Shown here: positions 37,328 through 45,448 of the stretch, in pieces | Numbering within the stretch: the first letter of the stretch is position 1 | Layout: every line of letters starts with the position of its first letter | Virus record (IMG/VR): IMGVR_UViG_3300013120_000254 | Coordinates: 1 to 55,119 of that record | Reading direction: 5' to 3' (one strand) | From: a virus | Lineage: Duplodnaviria > Caudoviricetes | Length of the DNA: 55,119 nucleotides | Notes under the pieces: model-generated | The model's input: the letters and a program-made list of their open reading frames with translations, nothing else | What the model was told of the DNA's origin: nothing | Database searches by the model: none | Program-made: the position numbers and the translations under genes

Positions 37328-38642
37328 CCAACCCACCCTCCAGGTTCTCGAAGCGCGTCAGTTCCGGCTTGAAGAAGAGGGGGATCTTGTCCAAGGGTCC
37401 TTCCCTGTTCTTGGCCACGAGGAGCTCCGCCGCGTTCGGCGATGCGGTATCCTTGTAGATGTACTCTCGGTACAGGAACATCACGACATCAGCATCTTGT
37501 TCCAGCGCCCCGGACTCCCGCAAGTCGGAGAGCTTGGGGCGCTTGTCGTCCCGGCTTTCCACGGCACGTGAGAGCTGGGCGAGCACGACGATGGGGATCT
37601 TCAGCTCCTTGGCCAGCATCTTGAGGCCCCGGCTGATGGTGGCGATCTCCACCTGGCGGCTCTCGGTGCGCTTGCCGGCGTGCATCAGCTGCACATAGTC
37701 GATGACGATCAGGTCCACCCCGCCCTGGCTCATGCGGCGCCGGGCTCGCCCACGGATCCGGTGGACGGTCTGGTCAGGTCCATCGTCGATCTCAAGGGGG
37801 AGCTTGGCCACTCTATCGCAAGCCGACCGGGCCTGGACGGCGTCGTTCTGATCGAACCTGCCCCGCATCAGCTTCATGGAGTCGATGCCTGACTCCGCGG
37901 CGATCAGCCTGGTGACCAGCTGTTGGACGCTCATCTCCAGGCTGAAGATCAAGACGCGCCCTGGATGGCCCGACTCGTGCCGGGTGGAGGACGCCACGTT
38001 AGTGGCCAGGGTCGTGGCGAAGGCGGACTTCCCCATGGATGGGCGGGCCGCCACGATGAGCATCTGTCCGGGCTTCAAGCCTCCGAGCGTGTTGTCCAGC
38101 TTGTAGAAGCCGGTGGAGAGCCCGACCAGGCTCCTGTCCCGAGCCCTCTCGAAGCGCGCGAAGGCCGCCGCGAGCTCATCTCCCAGGGTCTTGGTCCTGC
38201 GCTCTGGCTCAGCCTGGGCCGCCAGCGTGAACATGCGGCTCATGGCCTCATCGAGAATCCCCTCGACCTCTTCCGGCTCTGGCCTCACGTCCACGATGAG
38301 CTCGTCCACGTCGGCTAGGGCCGTCCGCAGCTCGTCCAGCATCACCATGGACCGGAGCCTGCGCGCGTGCCCCCGAACGAAGGAGAGGGAGATGGCGTCC
38401 TCGGTCAGGCTGGCCAGGGCCGCCGCAACCCCTGGCGCCCTGGTGACACGCTCGACCTCCTGGGTGACAGTCAGGAGGTCAACGGGCTCACTGCGGCGGT
38501 GCAGCCCGAGGATGCCCTCCCAGACGACCCGCCGGCCGCCCGAGAAGCAATCCGGGATGAGGATCTCTTCGAGCTCGTAGAGGCTGTCCGGCGCAGCGAG
38601 GGCTCCTCCTAAGATGCCCCGCTCCAGCGCGACGCGGTCCAT
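37320..38642 (-). CDS. dnaB: replicative DNA helicase
   Basis: GLSTGF, AARPSMGKS, FSLEMS, IVIDYVQLM, LAQLSR, SDLRESGALEQDAD, KNREG. Confidence 0.97.
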   Translation of the reverse strand: MDRVALERGILGGALAAPDSLYELEEILIPDCFSGGRRVVWEGILGLHRRSEPVDLLTVTQEVERVTRAPGVAAALASLTEDAISLSFVRGHARRLRSMVMLDELRTALADVDELIVDVRPEPEEVEGILDEAMSRMFTLAAQAEPERRTKTLGDELAAAFARFERARDRSLVGLSTGFYKLDNTLGGLKPGQMLIVAARPSMGKSAFATTLATNVASSTRHESGHPGRVLIFSLEMSVQQLVTRLIAAESGIDSMKLMRGRFDQNDAVQARSACDRVAKLPLEIDDGPDQTVHRIRGRARRRMSQGGVDLIVIDYVQLMHAGKRTESRQVEIATISRGLKMLAKELKIPIVVLAQLSRAVESRDDKRPKLSDLRESGALEQDADVVMFLYREYIYKDTASPNAAELLVAKNREGPLDKIPLFFKPELTRFENLEGGLDG

Positions 38643-38645
38643 CGA

Positions 38646-38921
38646 CTACTCCTTCCAGGTGATCACCGGCTCATGGTAGAAAGCTCGCTGAGAGCACTTC
38701 AGCACTCTCGCAAGAGCCCGGACCTGCGCCTTGGACGACGGAGCCGACCCTCCCTCCCAGCGCCAGAGGGTCGTGGGGTGAATGTTCACATCGTACCGGC
38801 GACGCAGCTTCTCGGTTACCTGCTCCAAGGTCTGGCCCTGAAGCGTCCTGTAGAGGCGGGCGGCCATACCATGCCAATCCTCCGCGTGCCGCGGGGGGAG
38901 CCGCTCACTGTTGCTGGTCAT
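38646..38921 (-). CDS. XRE-family HTH regulator
   Basis: TLEQV...IHPTTLWRWEGG..P....VRALARVLKC. Confidence 0.8.
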   Translation of the reverse strand: MTSNSERLPPRHAEDWHGMAARLYRTLQGQTLEQVTEKLRRRYDVNIHPTTLWRWEGGSAPSSKAQVRALARVLKCSQRAFYHEPVITWKE

Positions 38922-38956
38922 GGGTGCTTTCTAGCACCGGAAGGGCCGAACCGCAA
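38922..38956 (-). promoter_or_regulatory. putative leaderless promoter with overlapping palindromic operator
   Basis: minus strand TTGCGG-N17-(TGC)TAGAAA-N6-ATG; GGTGCT-TTCT-AGCACC palindrome 38923-38938. Confidence 0.45.
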
Positions 38957-38993
38957 CATCCTTGCGAGCAAGACATTTTCTCGCTGGCGGGGG

Positions 38994-39021
38994 TTGCAAG
39001 CCGCTTGCGCCGCGCTACGGT
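38994..39021 (+). promoter_or_regulatory. putative leaderless promoter for recombination operon
   Basis: TTGCAA-N16-TACGGT-N6-GTG(39028); resembles the 1620 promoter. Confidence 0.45.
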
Positions 39022-39027
39022 TGTGGC

Positions 39028-39837
39028 GTGCGAGACAGCGCCAGCAGCATGGACCTCTTCCTCCACTGCCCGGAGGCCTACTCCCGGAAGTACATCGAGG
39101 GGGACCGCCGAAGGGATGACACGGTGGCGAACACCCTGGGCTCGGCCGTTCACATGGCGGCCCGGGTGGATCTGGAGATCAAGCGAGACGAGGGCCGGCT
39201 CTTGCCCGAGCAGCACCTGCCGGACGTGGCAGCGGACGCCTTCGAGCGAACCTGGAGGCTGAAGGATCCCCGGATCGACCGCTCTGAGGGAACGAAGGCC
39301 GAGCAGCGGGGGGTGGCCAAGGACCACGCCATCGCGTTGACCGGCTTGCACCGCAGGCGGGTCACGGAGGTCGTGGACCCCCACCTGCTAGAGGTCAAGG
39401 TCACAGCCGACATCCCCGGCTACCCCAACTCGCTGGTGGGCTACATCGACCTGGTGGAGCGCAACTACCACCTCCACGACGGGAAGACCACGGGAGCCGC
39501 GATCAAGGCCGATGCCCTGGCGACGTCCACTCAAGGCCTGGTCTACCCGATGCTGATGGAGCTCGCGACCGGCGTGCGCCCTCCGTTCTTCTCGCTGGAC
39601 ATTATGAAGCGGCCGGGCAAGAGAGCCCGAGCTCGGTACGTCCAGCAGAGCTACGAGCCCAACGGCGACTACTCGCCGATTCTGTTGCGCCTAGAGCGCA
39701 TGGCCAAGATCATCGAGGCCGGCGCCTTCATGCCCGCCGCCCCTGGGCACTGGAAGTGCAGCTCCAAGTACTGCGTCTACTTCAGCGACTGCCCGTGGGG
39801 GCGGGCGCGGCGCGTCGCAGTGGGGATGACACTGTGA
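39028..39837 (+). CDS. PD-(D/E)XK RecB/Cas4-like exonuclease with Fe-S-type Cys pattern
   Basis: SASS...CPEAY, GSAVH, GYIDLV, DGKT, C-terminal CSSKYCVYFSDC. Confidence 0.85.
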   Translation: MRDSASSMDLFLHCPEAYSRKYIEGDRRRDDTVANTLGSAVHMAARVDLEIKRDEGRLLPEQHLPDVAADAFERTWRLKDPRIDRSEGTKAEQRGVAKDHAIALTGLHRRRVTEVVDPHLLEVKVTADIPGYPNSLVGYIDLVERNYHLHDGKTTGAAIKADALATSTQGLVYPMLMELATGVRPPFFSLDIMKRPGKRARARYVQQSYEPNGDYSPILLRLERMAKIIEAGAFMPAAPGHWKCSSKYCVYFSDCPWGRARRVAVGMTL

Positions 39838-40241
39838 GATACAACCGACTGACACTGATCGGCCGCCTCTGCGCGGACCCCGCCGACAAGACCACCAAGG
39901 GCGGCAAGCGCTACGCCGGCTTCAACCTGGCCGTCGATGATGGCTGGGGCGACAACAAGGAGACGGTCTTCGTCCACGTCCGCGTGTTTGGCAAGCCCGC
40001 CGATGCCGTCTTGCGGTTCTGCCGCAAGGGCTCCCTGGCGCTCTTCGACGGCAAGATCATGCAGGACCGCTGGGAGGCCGATGGCCGCAAGCACGAGCGC
40101 CTGGTGATGCACGCCTTCCAGATGGAGCTCGGCCCCAAGAACGCAGAAAGGCAGCCGGATCAGCGGCAGCAGTCCTTCCCTCCGAAGTCCCCACCCTCCA
40201 GCCCAACCAACTACCCCGACGTAGATGAGACCCCATTCTGA
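39834..40241 (+). CDS. ssb: single-stranded DNA-binding protein
   Basis: NRLTLIGRL.ADP, FNLAVD, FGKPA, KGSL, acidic tail DVDETPF. Confidence 0.93.
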   Translation: MRYNRLTLIGRLCADPADKTTKGGKRYAGFNLAVDDGWGDNKETVFVHVRVFGKPADAVLRFCRKGSLALFDGKIMQDRWEADGRKHERLVMHAFQMELGPKNAERQPDQRQQSFPPKSPPSSPTNYPDVDETPF

Positions 40242-40242
40242 C

Positions 40243-41172
40243 ATGGAAACAGCCCCCGTAGTCCAGCAAGGCCCCGCTGGCATCATGGCCAAGTGGGCCG
40301 CCAAGCGCGGCATGGATCCCGTGAAGCTACGGGACACCCTCGTCAAGACCGTCTTCCCCAACGAGCGCGCCACGCCCGAGCAGGTGGCGGCCTTCGCTCT
40401 AGCGGTGGACCACTATGATCTCGACCCGTTCCTGCGGCAGATCTACGCCTTCCCCGACAAGGGGGGCGGCATCCAGCCCATCATCAGCGTGGATGGCTGG
40501 TACGCCATCGCGAACCGGGACCCGAACTTCGACGGGATGGAGTTCCAGATCCACGAGGAAGACGGGAAGGTGGTGGCCTGTACGGCAACGGTCCACCGCA
40601 AGGACCGCAACTTCCCCACGGTCGTCACCGAGTACGTGGAGGAGTGCAAGCGCAACACGCCCCCGTGGAACCAGCAGACACGCCGCATGATCAGGCACCG
40701 GGCCGCCATCCAGGCGATCCGGATCGCCTTCGGCGTGCCGGGGCTCGACCCCGAGGAGGCCGAGCGGATCCCGGAGTACGAGGTCCAGGCGGGCGGAGAA
40801 GAAGAGCAGGTCCACGCGCCGACCTTGGAGGGCGCGATGGGCCGCCTTGACGACGCTGAGATGGAAGAGCGGGCCAGGGCCGAAGCCCCTGAGAGCGGCC
40901 GGCGCCGCCGGTCCAGAGCCATCAAGGACCAGCGCGAAGAGTTCACCCTCCTGATCAAGGCTGGAGACGTAGATCCCGGCCTGATCTCGCCGCACCTGCC
41001 CTCTGAGGGCGAGACGGTGGAGGACGCCTTCGCTACGCTGTGGCGCGATGACGCCGAGGGGATCCTTGAGCGAGTTCGGGCTGGGGAGTTCAAGGCGCCA
41101 GAGCCGCCTTCCGACCCTGCTGTCCCCGCAGAGCCGTCCGGGCCACCCCCGGATGACCCCTTCTCTGTCTGA
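40243..41172 (+). CDS. bet: RecT/Bet-family ssDNA annealing recombinase
   Basis: LDPFLRQIYAFPDKGGGIQPIISVDGW, VTEYVEEC, PW...RRMIRHRA.IQAIRIAFG. Confidence 0.9.
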   Translation: METAPVVQQGPAGIMAKWAAKRGMDPVKLRDTLVKTVFPNERATPEQVAAFALAVDHYDLDPFLRQIYAFPDKGGGIQPIISVDGWYAIANRDPNFDGMEFQIHEEDGKVVACTATVHRKDRNFPTVVTEYVEECKRNTPPWNQQTRRMIRHRAAIQAIRIAFGVPGLDPEEAERIPEYEVQAGGEEEQVHAPTLEGAMGRLDDAEMEERARAEAPESGRRRRSRAIKDQREEFTLLIKAGDVDPGLISPHLPSEGETVEDAFATLWRDDAEGILERVRAGEFKAPEPPSDPAVPAEPSGPPPDDPFSV

Positions 41173-41181
41173 TGGCGGCTC

Positions 41182-41214
41182 GGGGGCCCTCGGTTGACGG
41201 GGGCCCCCTTTCTT
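41182..41214 (+). terminator. intrinsic terminator
   Basis: GGGGGCCCTCG-GTTGA-CGGGGGCCCCC followed by TTTCTT. Confidence 0.75.
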
Positions 41215-41266
41215 GTTACGACCAGCTTGGCGTTCGCGGCGTCGCCCTCTGCTCCACTGGGATCAG

Positions 41267-41713
41267 ATGGCGAACTTCGTCTACAACAAAGCCAAGAAGC
41301 TACTGGCGGACGCGGACCTAGACTGCAACTCCGGCGCCGGGATCGACCTGCGCGGCGTGCTGGTGATGACCAACACGACCTGCGATACGGAGAAGAACGT
41401 CAGCACCTTCGCCGACTTCACCACGCCGGACGTCTGTGACGGCTCCGGCTACGCCGACCAGACCATCACCGGGGAAGCGTCAGAGTGGGATAGCTCCAAC
41501 GACCGCACGGAGATCCACGCCGACAACTTCACCTACTCCTCGCTGGGGGCTGGCACCCGACAGAACCAGGCCCTCGTGGTCATCGACTGGCAGGGGACGC
41601 GGGACAGCTCCTACCCTGTCGCCTACTACGACACGGGGGGCTTCCCCTTCGACGGCAACGGCGGCGACGTAACGATCCAGGTCAACGCTCAGGGTCTGCT
41701 ACAGGTCACCTGA
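41267..41713 (+). CDS. small virion structural protein
   Basis: MANFVYNKAK...PFDGNGGDVTIQVNAQGLLQVT, beta-rich acidic, typical of phage fibre/decoration subunits. Confidence 0.7.
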   Translation: MANFVYNKAKKLLADADLDCNSGAGIDLRGVLVMTNTTCDTEKNVSTFADFTTPDVCDGSGYADQTITGEASEWDSSNDRTEIHADNFTYSSLGAGTRQNQALVVIDWQGTRDSSYPVAYYDTGGFPFDGNGGDVTIQVNAQGLLQVT

Positions 41714-41727
41714 CCTAGGGGCCGCCT

Positions 41728-44565
41728 GTGGCGGGCGAGATTGCGATCTACCGCCAGTCCGCTGGCGGCCAGAACTTCACCTCCACGAGCCTGACGGACT
41801 TCCCGTTCGACACTCAGGTCCGGGAGGATGACGGGTACAGTCGCAGCGACAACGTCACCGTCGAGCTCGCAGAGGCTGGGCACTACCTGGTCATCTACAA
41901 CTGTGCCTTCCAAATGGATGGGGGCACTTATCGTTCAGAGACCACGGGGGAGGTGGTGCTCGACAGCACCTCCCTCGACCCCTACGGGATCAGCTCTGGC
42001 TACATCCGCCGCACCTCCGGCTACACGGAGGCGGTACAGTTCGCGGCGACGATCATCGACGCGGACGCCGAGGACGGGCTCAAGGTCCAGGTCAAGCGTA
42101 CGGACTCCAACACGGCCGTGGCGTGCGATGTCACAGCGGACCTCTCCGGGCTGCAGACTCTCAAGCTGAAGGACGACTGGGCCTACTTCCGAGCCAAGAC
42201 GACCACATCTCAAAACGTAGCCGTATCCGGGGGGGCGCCGTCTGTGTGGCCGTGGGCGGTCTCGGACTGCGGCACATGGACATCCATCAACTGGATCACG
42301 GAAGACGAGAAGGACACTGGGTTTACACACACAGCGTCCAGCTCCACGATCACGCTGGACGACGCCGGGCACTACCTGATCTGCGCCTCGGTCGAGTGCC
42401 AGAATACGCACGCCAGCACCCGCCACAACCACGTCTCGCGCGTGGTGGTCAACGGCGTGACCTACCAGTACGCCACCGGATACCAACGGGGCTCAAACGG
42501 CTGCCAGAACGCCGTTAGCACCCACTTCCTGATCGTGGAATCCACTGGCGCGAGCCAGGTCTTGACGATCGACGTGGCTCAGGAGGGACAGAGCACGGCC
42601 GACCACCTGGACATGGTGGCGGCCGGCGTCACGGTGGTGAAGCTGCCCGACACGGGAGACTACGTCCGGGTCTGGGAGGATGCGGATCACGACCACAACT
42701 CCGCCACGTTCGATGCTGTTGACTTCACGAGGGAGTCTGAGAAGGACACGGGCTCTTTCACTCACTCCACGTCCACAAACCCCAGTCGGGTGGAGGTCGA
42801 GGTCGATGATGACTACCTCTTCTGTGCGGGGTTCCTTCAGGGCAAGACGGGGGACAACGGGACGAGGAAGCAGCCCGAGACGCGCTGGCGGGTCAACGGG
42901 ACTGATGAGCTCCAGTACGGGGGCGCCTCGGCTTACACGCGGGGCGCCCAGTCGAGCACGGACACCTACTCGGGCGGCGCATCCTGCGGCTTCCTCCAGG
43001 CCCTAGAGGCCAACGACTACATCGAGCTGGGAGGCGTTGATCGGGGGACGACAAGCGACGGGGCCACCCGCTGGATCGCCAACATCACCATGATGCAGGG
43101 CGTCCGGATCGGCTCGATCATCCAGGTGATCAGGCCGGACCCGGCGGCTGTGGGGTTCCGCTGCACGGGCCAGACGGTCGCCCCGACGCTGGACCTGGCG
43201 ATCGGGAGCGCGACGTGGCAGCCGATCGCTATGCAGACGGCGGTCAGCCCGTCGCTGCTGATCACGCCCGACCCGGCAGTGGCGACAGCTGAGGCCCCAG
43301 CGGTTGATGTCAGCTTCTCCCTGGCCCTGACGCCGGACCCGGCGATCGCAGCACTGGGAGCCCCAGACGTAGCGGTCGGGCTTGCGCTGACCCTGGCGCC
43401 CACACCTGCGACGGCGACGGTCGAGGCGCCGGATGTCTCGGTGGTGGTCGGGGCCACCCTCTTGACCCCAGACCCAGCGGTCACGGCGACAAGCGCGCCC
43501 GACGTGGGGGTAGAGCTCGGGACGCTGACCCTAGCTCCTATCCCCCTGCCGCTTGAGGTCAGCGCCCCGAGTGTCTCGATTGCACCCTCGCTGACAACAA
43601 CGCCAGATCCGGCGATCGCTGTCATCGAAAACCCGGCGATCGGGGTCTCTTTCGGAACGCTTACAGTTACCCCCGATCCTGGGACCCTGGTGCTGGGGGC
43701 CCCAGACGTCTCCGTTGACGCTGGCCAGCTGATCACCCCCGAATCAGCCACCCTGACGCTCTCAGCGCCCGCTGTGGCGATCGACCTGGGCGGCGTGGTG
43801 CTCACGCCCGGCGCGGCGAGCGTCGCTCTCAGCGCCCCTGAGGCCGCCGTGGGTCTCAGCTTGGTCCTGACTCCAGACCCGGCGCTCTGGAGCCTGGCGC
43901 TGCCCGACGTTGATGTCGTCCCGCTCGAACTGCAGCTCTCGCCGGACCCGGCCCTGGCTGGGTTCTCGGCAGTCGGCCCGGTCCTCCAGCGGCTGATCCC
44001 TGTCGGAGCCGCTGAGACGTCGCTGGCGACACCCGCCATCCAGGTCGCGCTGGAGCTGATCGTCGCTCCAGGGGCCGCTCAGGCCGCCGTAGGGGCCCCT
44101 GCGCTCTCGGTTGTCCCGGGCGAGCTCCTGGTGAGCCCTGACCCGGCTCTGATCACGCTCGTTCTCCCCACCGCCACCGTCAACATCCCCCAGCTGGTGA
44201 CCCTCCGCTACTACGCGGACGCGGTCCTGGCCCGTTCCCGGAATCGGGACGCGATCATGGTGGTGACTCGGGCCGAGGACGCCGAGCTCGTCCGGGAGAT
44301 CCTGGGAGACGCCGTCCTGGACACGACCCGGCACGCCCCAGCCTGGCTGGAACGGACCCGCATGGAGGACGGCATCCTGCTGAGAACCTACCTGGGAGAT
44401 GCCGTCCTGGACCTGACAAGAGCCACGGACGCCTCCATCGAGCGCGCCCGCCTGGACAGCGCCCTGCTCTTCCGGGAGCGCCTCAGCGACTTGGAGCTCG
44501 GCGTCTCGCGCAACGAGGATGCGGCTCTGACTAGAACTCGCACGCAAGATGCGCCTATCCTCTAG
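41728..44565 (+). CDS. repetitive virion fibre/scaffold protein
   Basis: three ~150-aa jelly-roll-like repeats, then ~16 x 22-aa and ~12 x 10-aa repeats. Confidence 0.75.
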   Translation: MAGEIAIYRQSAGGQNFTSTSLTDFPFDTQVREDDGYSRSDNVTVELAEAGHYLVIYNCAFQMDGGTYRSETTGEVVLDSTSLDPYGISSGYIRRTSGYTEAVQFAATIIDADAEDGLKVQVKRTDSNTAVACDVTADLSGLQTLKLKDDWAYFRAKTTTSQNVAVSGGAPSVWPWAVSDCGTWTSINWITEDEKDTGFTHTASSSTITLDDAGHYLICASVECQNTHASTRHNHVSRVVVNGVTYQYATGYQRGSNGCQNAVSTHFLIVESTGASQVLTIDVAQEGQSTADHLDMVAAGVTVVKLPDTGDYVRVWEDADHDHNSATFDAVDFTRESEKDTGSFTHSTSTNPSRVEVEVDDDYLFCAGFLQGKTGDNGTRKQPETRWRVNGTDELQYGGASAYTRGAQSSTDTYSGGASCGFLQALEANDYIELGGVDRGTTSDGATRWIANITMMQGVRIGSIIQVIRPDPAAVGFRCTGQTVAPTLDLAIGSATWQPIAMQTAVSPSLLITPDPAVATAEAPAVDVSFSLALTPDPAIAALGAPDVAVGLALTLAPTPATATVEAPDVSVVVGATLLTPDPAVTATSAPDVGVELGTLTLAPIPLPLEVSAPSVSIAPSLTTTPDPAIAVIENPAIGVSFGTLTVTPDPGTLVLGAPDVSVDAGQLITPESATLTLSAPAVAIDLGGVVLTPGAASVALSAPEAAVGLSLVLTPDPALWSLALPDVDVVPLELQLSPDPALAGFSAVGPVLQRLIPVGAAETSLATPAIQVALELIVAPGAAQAAVGAPALSVVPGELLVSPDPALITLVLPTATVNIPQLVTLRYYADAVLARSRNRDAIMVVTRAEDAELVREILGDAVLDTTRHAPAWLERTRMEDGILLRTYLGDAVLDLTRATDASIERARLDSALLFRERLSDLELGVSRNEDAALTRTRTQDAPIL
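43129..44196 (+). repeat. ~16 degenerate 20-23-aa coding repeats (xTPDPAxxxxxAPxVxV)
   Basis: counted in the translation. Confidence 0.85.
44209..44562 (+). repeat. ~12 degenerate 10-aa coding repeats (RxxDAxLxRT)
   Basis: counted in the translation. Confidence 0.8.
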
Positions 44566-44573
44566 GAGGCACG

Positions 44574-44891
44574 ATGGCAGACACGATCCACGTAGGGGAC
44601 ACCCCCTTCCTGCAGTACACCGTCTACGACGGCAGCGACAAGGTCAACATCACCGATGACCCGCCCTCGGCCATCGCCCTCCGGCTCAACGCCCCCAGCG
44701 GGGGCACGAGCGCTACGGTGGTGGGCGTGACTGTCTCGGGGGATGACTACGCTGTCGGCTACCAGACCGGCACCGGCACCTTCGACTGGGCGGGCCAGTG
44801 GCGGATCTCAGTCCGAATCACCTGGGCTGGCGGCCGGCGTTTCGAGTCGGAGGTTGACGTCTTCGAGGTCCATGAATCAGAGTTCCCCTGA
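44574..44891 (+). CDS. BppU-N-like small beta-sandwich virion protein
   Basis: GGAGG RBS; IHVGDTP.L...V.Y.....TFDWAGQWR...FES...FEV. Confidence 0.6.
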   Translation: MADTIHVGDTPFLQYTVYDGSDKVNITDDPPSAIALRLNAPSGGTSATVVGVTVSGDDYAVGYQTGTGTFDWAGQWRISVRITWAGGRRFESEVDVFEVHESEFP

Positions 44892-45114
44892 ACGAGTCCC
44901 CTGTCCCCACTGCGGCAGCACCGTGGAGCTCCCCGAGGGCTACATGGAGGGGCTGATCGCTCGGAACCGGGAGTGGTTCCTGCAGCAGCTCCACACCGCC
45001 GACAACTTCGCTCGCCCTGGCCGACGCTTGGCGTTCCGCGCTCGGATGCGGGGCGGCAAGGTGACAGCCATCGCGGAGAAGCGTGTTGGGGAGCAGAAGC
45101 GGGAACAAGAGTAG
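44872..45114 (+). CDS. hypothetical protein with CPHC
   Basis: 80-aa ORF bridging neighbours. Confidence 0.5.
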   Translation: MNQSSPERVPCPHCGSTVELPEGYMEGLIARNREWFLQQLHTADNFARPGRRLAFRARMRGGKVTAIAEKRVGEQKREQE

Positions 45115-45448
45115 GCTGGAAGAGCACCTAGCCCTGCAGCTACGGGCTCGTCCACACCTGCCCAAGCCCGAGCGTGAGTACCGCTTCGCCAAGAGCCTGA
45201 AGACCCCCACCGGGCGGCCCAGAATGTGGCGCTTCGACTTCGCCTGGCCGGAACGCCGAATCGCCCTGGAGATCCAGGGCGCAGTCTGGACCGGCGGGAA
45301 GCACGCCCGTGGAGCCGGGATGGTCAAGGACTATGAGAAGGCGAACGCCGCCGCCCTGCTAGGCTGGCGGCTTCTCTACGCAGAGGCCACCATGATCCGC
45401 TCCTGCGCTATCCTCGACACGCTGGAGGCCATCCTCCTGGAGGACTGA
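45083..45448 (+). CDS. Vsr/DUF559-like endonuclease
   Basis: EYRF...WRFDFAWPE..IALEIQG.VW..GKH.RG...DYEK.N.A.LLGWRLL. Confidence 0.8.
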   Translation: MLGSRSGNKSRLEEHLALQLRARPHLPKPEREYRFAKSLKTPTGRPRMWRFDFAWPERRIALEIQGAVWTGGKHARGAGMVKDYEKANAAALLGWRLLYAEATMIRSCAILDTLEAILLED

